Under the pieces are notes generated by a model. The model had not been told where the DNA came from, made no database searches, and saw only the letters and a program-made list of their open reading frames with translations. From positions 1-52,934 of the forward strand of contig JAFCDH010000001.1 in the NCBI GenBank assembly GCA_017609795.1: a stretch of 52,934 bases of DNA. The letters run 5' to 3'. Shown piece by piece: positions 48,301 through 52,934 of the stretch (the stretch's first letter is position 1; each line of letters begins with the position of its first letter). Origin of the DNA: Candidatus Pacearchaeota archaeon. GTDB taxonomy: Archaea > Nanobdellota > Nanobdellia > Pacearchaeales > GW2011-AR1. The translations under genes and the position numbers were made by a program.

Positions 48301-48410
48301 CTTCCCCTTTTTGTATTTTACTTAATATTTCTAAACACCCCCCATTTAAATAACTTTTGTTAATGGTTAATGTTAGTTTATTTAAATGACAAAAACAGTC
48401 CGAAAAGTTA

Positions 48411-48857
48411 TTAATATCTGAAAACTGTCCGAATAGTCATTCTTTCTCCAAACCAAGTAGAATCTACAATTAAAGTATCTTCATTATCATTAAAAAACAA
48501 AGCAGAGATTTGTATTAATTTTTCTATAATAAATTTTGTGCTTTCATCATTATTTAATGTGCTTCTTGGAGGAACATAGCTAATTAATCCTTGCTCAAAC
48601 ATCCATTTTAAATCTGTCTGAGTTCTTCTGTAACTCATTCCATTATAAGACATCATACAAAGAGACTTTATTATATCTTTAAAATTTGATTTTGGTCTGC
48701 CAGTTATTTGTAATCGTTCAAAATTGAGGGGTTCGATAAAATCGCATAGATTTTGGATAAAATTTTGTTTTTCAGTTTCAAGAGTTAAAGTATTCTTCTG
48801 CAAAGCTATAACTGAATCTTGTTTCTGATGAATACTTAATTTTGTTTGAAGTTCCAT
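48411..48857 (-). pseudogene. Truncated DDE transposase remnant
   Basis: GRPK..SYRR..L...VPPRSTL..LIVDSTWF (first catalytic Asp), then ends. Confidence 0.7.
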
Positions 48858-48864
48858 ATAACTA

Positions 48865-48949
48865 TTGGTACCAACTACTATTTAAACTTATTGGTACCAA
48901 AACATATATATTCGTTGGTACCACAATATTTATATACTCTTGGTACCAA
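48865..48949. promoter_or_regulatory. Four palindromic operators TTGGTACCAA interleaved with TATA-like boxes
   Basis: At 48865, 48891, 48915 (1 mismatch) and 48940; spacing 24-26 bp. Confidence 0.85.
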
Positions 48950-48958
48950 TTAATAAGA

Positions 48959-49780
48959 ATGAGGCTTCAAAAACATAAGGTTAGAAAAAGTGGTGATAAA
49001 GAATATTACAAATGGGTTCTTGTTGTGCCACCCAATAGAATTGAACAACTTGGATGGAAAGAAGGAATTGAGTTGAAAGATGAAGTTAAAGGAGAATCTC
49101 TTTGCATACAACCTCTTTCTAAAGAAGAATTAAAAGGAATCCAGGAAAAACCTTTATACGATGATTTCAAGAAATCAATAAAGACCATCTTAGAGAGACA
49201 TCCAAAAGGATTAACTTGGACACAGATAAGAGACAAATTAAACTTTCCACAAAAATATCCAAACAATCAATGGGTAAAGAAGTTAGAAAAGGATATTGGA
49301 TTAAAGAGAATTAAAACTGGTGGAGATTTGTTCTGGAGCTCAGAAAATGAAACGATTTACACAATAGGTTATGAAGGATATACTATTGAGAAATTTATTA
49401 AAAAATTAAGAGACAGCAACATTCAGCAATTAATAGACGTAAGAGAGATTGCTCTTAGTAGAAAAAATGGATTTTCAAAAACAATTTTAAGTAAAAGTTT
49501 GAAAGATGCTGGAATAAAATATAAACACATTCCAGAACTTGGTTCTCCAAAGCAAGTAAGGCACCAGTTACATAAAGACTTAGATTATGAAAAATTCTTT
49601 AAGGAATATAAACAACATATCAATGACCCAGACATTTTAGATAATATCTCAGATATAGAAGGAAGGGCGAGAAGGAAAAAAACAGTTCTATTATGTTATG
49701 AAAGGGATTATAAAATATGCCATAGAAGCATCATAGCAGAAGAGCTTAAGAGAAGGGGGTGGAAGGTTAATCATCTATAA
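48959..49780 (+). CDS. AbrB/MazE-like domain, wHTH and DUF488 fusion
   Basis: WVLVVP..IEQLGWKEG; GLTWTQIR; IYTIGYEG, LIDVR..SRKNGFSK, LLCYE..CHRS. Confidence 0.88.
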   Translation: MRLQKHKVRKSGDKEYYKWVLVVPPNRIEQLGWKEGIELKDEVKGESLCIQPLSKEELKGIQEKPLYDDFKKSIKTILERHPKGLTWTQIRDKLNFPQKYPNNQWVKKLEKDIGLKRIKTGGDLFWSSENETIYTIGYEGYTIEKFIKKLRDSNIQQLIDVREIALSRKNGFSKTILSKSLKDAGIKYKHIPELGSPKQVRHQLHKDLDYEKFFKEYKQHINDPDILDNISDIEGRARRKKTVLLCYERDYKICHRSIIAEELKRRGWKVNHL

Positions 49781-49781
49781 A

Positions 49782-50537
49782 ATGGTATTATTAAAGAATT
49801 TAATAGTTATAGGTCAAGGAGCTCCAAACCAATTAAAAGATGGGAGACAATCGGTTTGTGTTTGTGCTTGTAAATTAGATAGCAAGGAATTGATAAGAAT
49901 ATATCCCGTCCCAATTGGTTGGTTAAGAAAATGGGATATTTTTGACGCAGAAGTTGAAAAAAATCCAAGAGACCATAGGGAAAATACCTGGAAAATAAAA
50001 AATTCTAAACAAGATTGGAAGAAAATTTATAAATGGATAGACAGAAAAGAGGAAAAGTATCCAGATAAAAATAAGGAGGGATTAATAAAATCAATTGGAT
50101 TTAGTGTATTAAGCGATTTGATTGATAACAAGAAGAGTTTTGGCATCATAAAGCCCAAGATAGAAAATTTCGAGCTTGAACAAAAAAATAAAAGCACCTC
50201 AAAACAATTAACACTAAATTTTGGAGATGAACAGGACTTAGATGAGCCATTCACAATTATTAATCAGAAAGACTATAAATTTAAACCATATGTAGCTTAT
50301 AAATGTGCAGGAAACTGTAAATGTAAAAAGAAAGTACACAGACAAAGCATTTCAGAATGGGGATGTTATGAATTTATGAGGAAAAATCCTGGAAAAGAAG
50401 AACAGCTAAAAGATAACCTTAGATTATTTGACCCTGAGTGGAATGTCTATCTTTTAGTCGGAAATATTCATAAAGCACCACAAACATATATTATCATTGA
50501 TATTTTAAGATTTAAAAAGAAGGAGTTTAAAAAATGA
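49782..50537 (+). CDS. DUF488-associated protein, probable OB-fold
   Basis: SVCVCA...LIRIYPVP..KWD...RDHR, SFGIIKP, EWG. Confidence 0.65.
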   Translation: MVLLKNLIVIGQGAPNQLKDGRQSVCVCACKLDSKELIRIYPVPIGWLRKWDIFDAEVEKNPRDHRENTWKIKNSKQDWKKIYKWIDRKEEKYPDKNKEGLIKSIGFSVLSDLIDNKKSFGIIKPKIENFELEQKNKSTSKQLTLNFGDEQDLDEPFTIINQKDYKFKPYVAYKCAGNCKCKKKVHRQSISEWGCYEFMRKNPGKEEQLKDNLRLFDPEWNVYLLVGNIHKAPQTYIIIDILRFKKKEFKK

Positions 50538-51205
50538 ATTTTAAACTTTCTCCTTCTACTCTTAATATTATGCAAGAATGTCCAAGATGTTTCTGTCTCT
50601 CTCAACATAATGTCTGGAAAAGACCACCATCAATTTTTCCATCACTCCCCTCTGGGATGGATAGAATCCTAAAAACACATTTTGATAAATTCAGAGATAA
50701 AGGCGAGCTTCCACCAGAACTTTGTGATAATTCTCATTGCAAGAACATTGATAATTCTCATTGCAAGAACATGAAACTATTTGATGATGTAGAGAAAATG
50801 AAAGTTTGGCAATCAAATTTTAAAGGTATAAGTTGGACAGATAAAAATGGAAACAAATTACATGGAGCTGTAGATAATATTTTAGTAAAAGGAAAGAAGC
50901 TTATTGTTTTAGATTACAAGACAAGAGGTTATGCTCTTAAGGAAGATACAGCAGAACATTATAGATTACAACAAAATATTTACAATTTCTTGTTAAGAAA
51001 AAACGACTATCAAACAGAAGATTATTTTTTCTTGTTATTTTATGTTCCAAAAGAGGTTATGCCAACAGGAGAAGTTATATTTGATACAGAATTAGTCAAG
51101 ATGAAAGTAGATGTTTCTCAGGCAGAGAAGACTTGGAAAAAAGCACTAAAACTTTTAAACTCTGATTGTCCAACTAAATCATGCGAATGGTGTGAAGGAA
51201 GATGA
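50534..51205 (+). CDS. PD-(D/E)XK (Cas4/RecB-like) nuclease
   Basis: LSPS..ECPRCF, GAVD..IVLDYKT, QQNIY, CEWC. Confidence 0.88.
   Translation: MNFKLSPSTLNIMQECPRCFCLSQHNVWKRPPSIFPSLPSGMDRILKTHFDKFRDKGELPPELCDNSHCKNIDNSHCKNMKLFDDVEKMKVWQSNFKGISWTDKNGNKLHGAVDNILVKGKKLIVLDYKTRGYALKEDTAEHYRLQQNIYNFLLRKNDYQTEDYFFLLFYVPKEVMPTGEVIFDTELVKMKVDVSQAEKTWKKALKLLNSDCPTKSCEWCEGR
50725..50772 (+). repeat. Exact in-frame 24-bp tandem duplication
   Basis: tgataattctcattgcaagaacat x2. Confidence 0.95.
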
Positions 51206-52934
51206 AAAAAGCAAAGAAAAAAACAACGAAGAAGACTAAGAAAAAGCAAAAGAAAGAATCTATTAAATTAGGAGAGTATATTAGGGAATCCAAAAAAGAG
51301 ATTAAGAAAGATGAAGTAGAAATAAATGTTGAGATTCCTAAACAAGTAGAGTTCTTTAAAACCCCTGTAAGATTTGGAAACATCCCTGTTGACACTCTTC
51401 CTCTTGGGTGTGATGAAAAGGAACAATACAGAAAACTATATCCAAAGGTTTCTCTTCCTTTCCAGATTGTTGAAAGAGTTACATTAGGACATCCAAAATT
51501 AGAAGCAAACAAATTAATCTTTGGAGATAATTTACATTTAATGAGGATGTTGCCTTCTAATTCAATTGACCTCATTTATATTGACCCCCCATTTTTTTCT
51601 GGTAGAAATTATAATGTGGTTTTCGGAGATTCAAATGAAGTTAGAAGTTTTACAGATATATGGGAAGGTGGAATGCCTGGTTATTTAACTTGGTTAAATG
51701 CAAGATTATTAGAGATGAAGAGGTTACTGAAACCTACGGGTTCTATTTTGGTTCATTTAGACCATCATGCAGGGCATTATGTTAAGGTTGAGATGGATAA
51801 AATTTTTGGTTATGAAAATTTCCGAAATGAAATAGTTTGGCATTACTTTATGGGTGGGAAAGCATCTACTTTTTTTGGTAGGAAACATGATGTTATTTTA
51901 TGGTATTCTAAAGGAAAGGAATGGAGTTTTAATAAAATGCAAAAGAAGAGAAGATTGGACTTTAAGCCATCTCTTCCCGCAAAATCTTCAACAGGGAAAA
52001 AGATAGAAGATAAAACTGGAAAAGATGAATTTGGATATTATAGTATTGTTTCTATGGATGATGTGTGGGATATAAGAGGAGTATTTAATATGGGAAAAGA
52101 ATATATGGGCTATCCTACACAGAAGCCTGAAGAATTACTAAAAAGATTTTTAGAAGCATTATCCAAACCAGGAGACGTAGTAGCAGATTTCTTTTGTGGG
52201 GGAGGAACAACTCCTGCAGTTGCTCAGAAGTTAGGAAGAAGATGGATTGCTTCGGACATCTCAAAGATTGCTGTTTCTGTTACAAGAGATAGATTATTAA
52301 GAGATATTTTAGGAGATGATGGAAAAACAGTTCAACAATCAATAACAAAAGTTCCAGACATTGAGGTTTCTCACTGGGGAGTTTATGAAGTTCCAGAATT
52401 AATTAAAATGAATGAAGAGTCTTTTAGAAATTTTATTATCTCTGCTTATAACGGAAGATTATCAAGTATGGAAGGACTTATTCATGGATATAAACAATCT
52501 ATTCCCCTGTTTGTGGGGAGTCCATCTCAAGAAAAACCAATTACAGAAAAAGAAGTTGTTGCTTTTGCTAAAGAGATTGTTAAGAAAAGAGGACATCACT
52601 CTGGAACAATGATTTCTTGGGGATTCACGCCTGGAGCTCAAAAAGCCGCACAAGAACTTAAAGCACAGCATGCTTTGGCTATTGATTTTGTAAAAATAGA
52701 TTTGGTCAATATTGAATCAGAGAAGTTTAGAGAACATATTTCAAAGTACGGTGGAGAATATAAACAACTCCTTAAATTTATTCTTCCGCCACAAGTTAGA
52801 ATCTCTCATAAAAAAATTCAAGATACAAAATATGAATTTGATGTTTCAGAATCTGTTTCATTAAATCCAGAAGGAAGAATAATTAATGTTCAATGGGATT
52901 TTAGTTACAATGGAGAAAGATTCATTTCAACTCC
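51202..52934 (+). CDS. Beta-class N6-adenine DNA methyltransferase (type III Mod-like), 3' end outside window
   Basis: GDNL, IDLIYIDPPF, YPTQKPEELL, VADFFCGGGTT; open to window end. Confidence 0.92.
   Translation, partial: MKKAKKKTTKKTKKKQKKESIKLGEYIRESKKEIKKDEVEINVEIPKQVEFFKTPVRFGNIPVDTLPLGCDEKEQYRKLYPKVSLPFQIVERVTLGHPKLEANKLIFGDNLHLMRMLPSNSIDLIYIDPPFFSGRNYNVVFGDSNEVRSFTDIWEGGMPGYLTWLNARLLEMKRLLKPTGSILVHLDHHAGHYVKVEMDKIFGYENFRNEIVWHYFMGGKASTFFGRKHDVILWYSKGKEWSFNKMQKKRRLDFKPSLPAKSSTGKKIEDKTGKDEFGYYSIVSMDDVWDIRGVFNMGKEYMGYPTQKPEELLKRFLEALSKPGDVVADFFCGGGTTPAVAQKLGRRWIASDISKIAVSVTRDRLLRDILGDDGKTVQQSITKVPDIEVSHWGVYEVPELIKMNEESFRNFIISAYNGRLSSMEGLIHGYKQSIPLFVGSPSQEKPITEKEVVAFAKEIVKKRGHHSGTMISWGFTPGAQKAAQELKAQHALAIDFVKIDLVNIESEKFREHISKYGGEYKQLLKFILPPQVRISHKKIQDTKYEFDVSESVSLNPEGRIINVQWDFSYNGERFIST

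Noticed and set aside
48349..48412. 10-bp inverted repeat aataactttt/aaaagttatt as IS ends
   Set aside because: Short, AT-only, overlaps a promoter-like sequence and does not flank the transposase
48865..48949. CRISPR repeats next to a Cas4-like nuclease
   Set aside because: 10-bp palindromes with ~15-bp gaps containing TATA boxes fit operators; the nuclease is a stand-alone PD-(D/E)XK
48842..48958. N-terminal extension of the DUF488 gene from TTG 48842
   Set aside because: Region is the operator/promoter array; ATG 48959 fits a near-leaderless start
51174..51575. 133-aa minus-strand ORF and other antisense ORFs (e.g. 48-230, 7924-8169, 30414-30842, 32934-33263, 39386-39805, 52412-52671)
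   Set aside because: Shadow frames of well-supported genes, with low-complexity Phe/Ser-rich translations

Overview
AT-rich window with archaeal signals: BRE/TATA promoters, near-leaderless genes, Alba, Cdc6/Orc1 and an archaeal-type signal peptidase. Positions 1 to ~48.3 kb read as most of the genome of a tail-less, probably enveloped virus or virus-like element of a DPANN-type archaeon. Pacearchaeota is my inferred host. Layout: (1) 1-12 kb, + strand: dense small accessory ORFs (Zn fingers, HNH/PD-(D/E)XK nucleases, a SAM methyltransferase) joined by re-used junction sequences, with a tRNA-like/structured RNA locus and a captured N-terminal fragment of ribosomal protein uL24. (2) 12-36 kb, - strand: an operon of about 30 mostly secreted or membrane proteins, including a signal-peptide-bearing fibre with an S74 chaperone, its own S26 signal peptidase and a CPBP protease. 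(3) 36-41 kb, + strand: an FtsK/HerA-type ATPase module with a divergent Alba-like gene. (4) 41-48 kb, - strand: a CoA-activase/dehydratase-like (PlsA/PlsR-like) pair, Alba, HNH and cdc6 beside an iteron-rich origin. (5) Beyond 48.4 kb: a transposase remnant and an AbrB-DUF488 / OB-like / PD-(D/E)XK / adenine methyltransferase operon that runs off the window. I recognise no terminase, portal, HK97 capsid, integrase, polymerase or CRISPR array. All calls come from motif recognition by eye; no searches were run.
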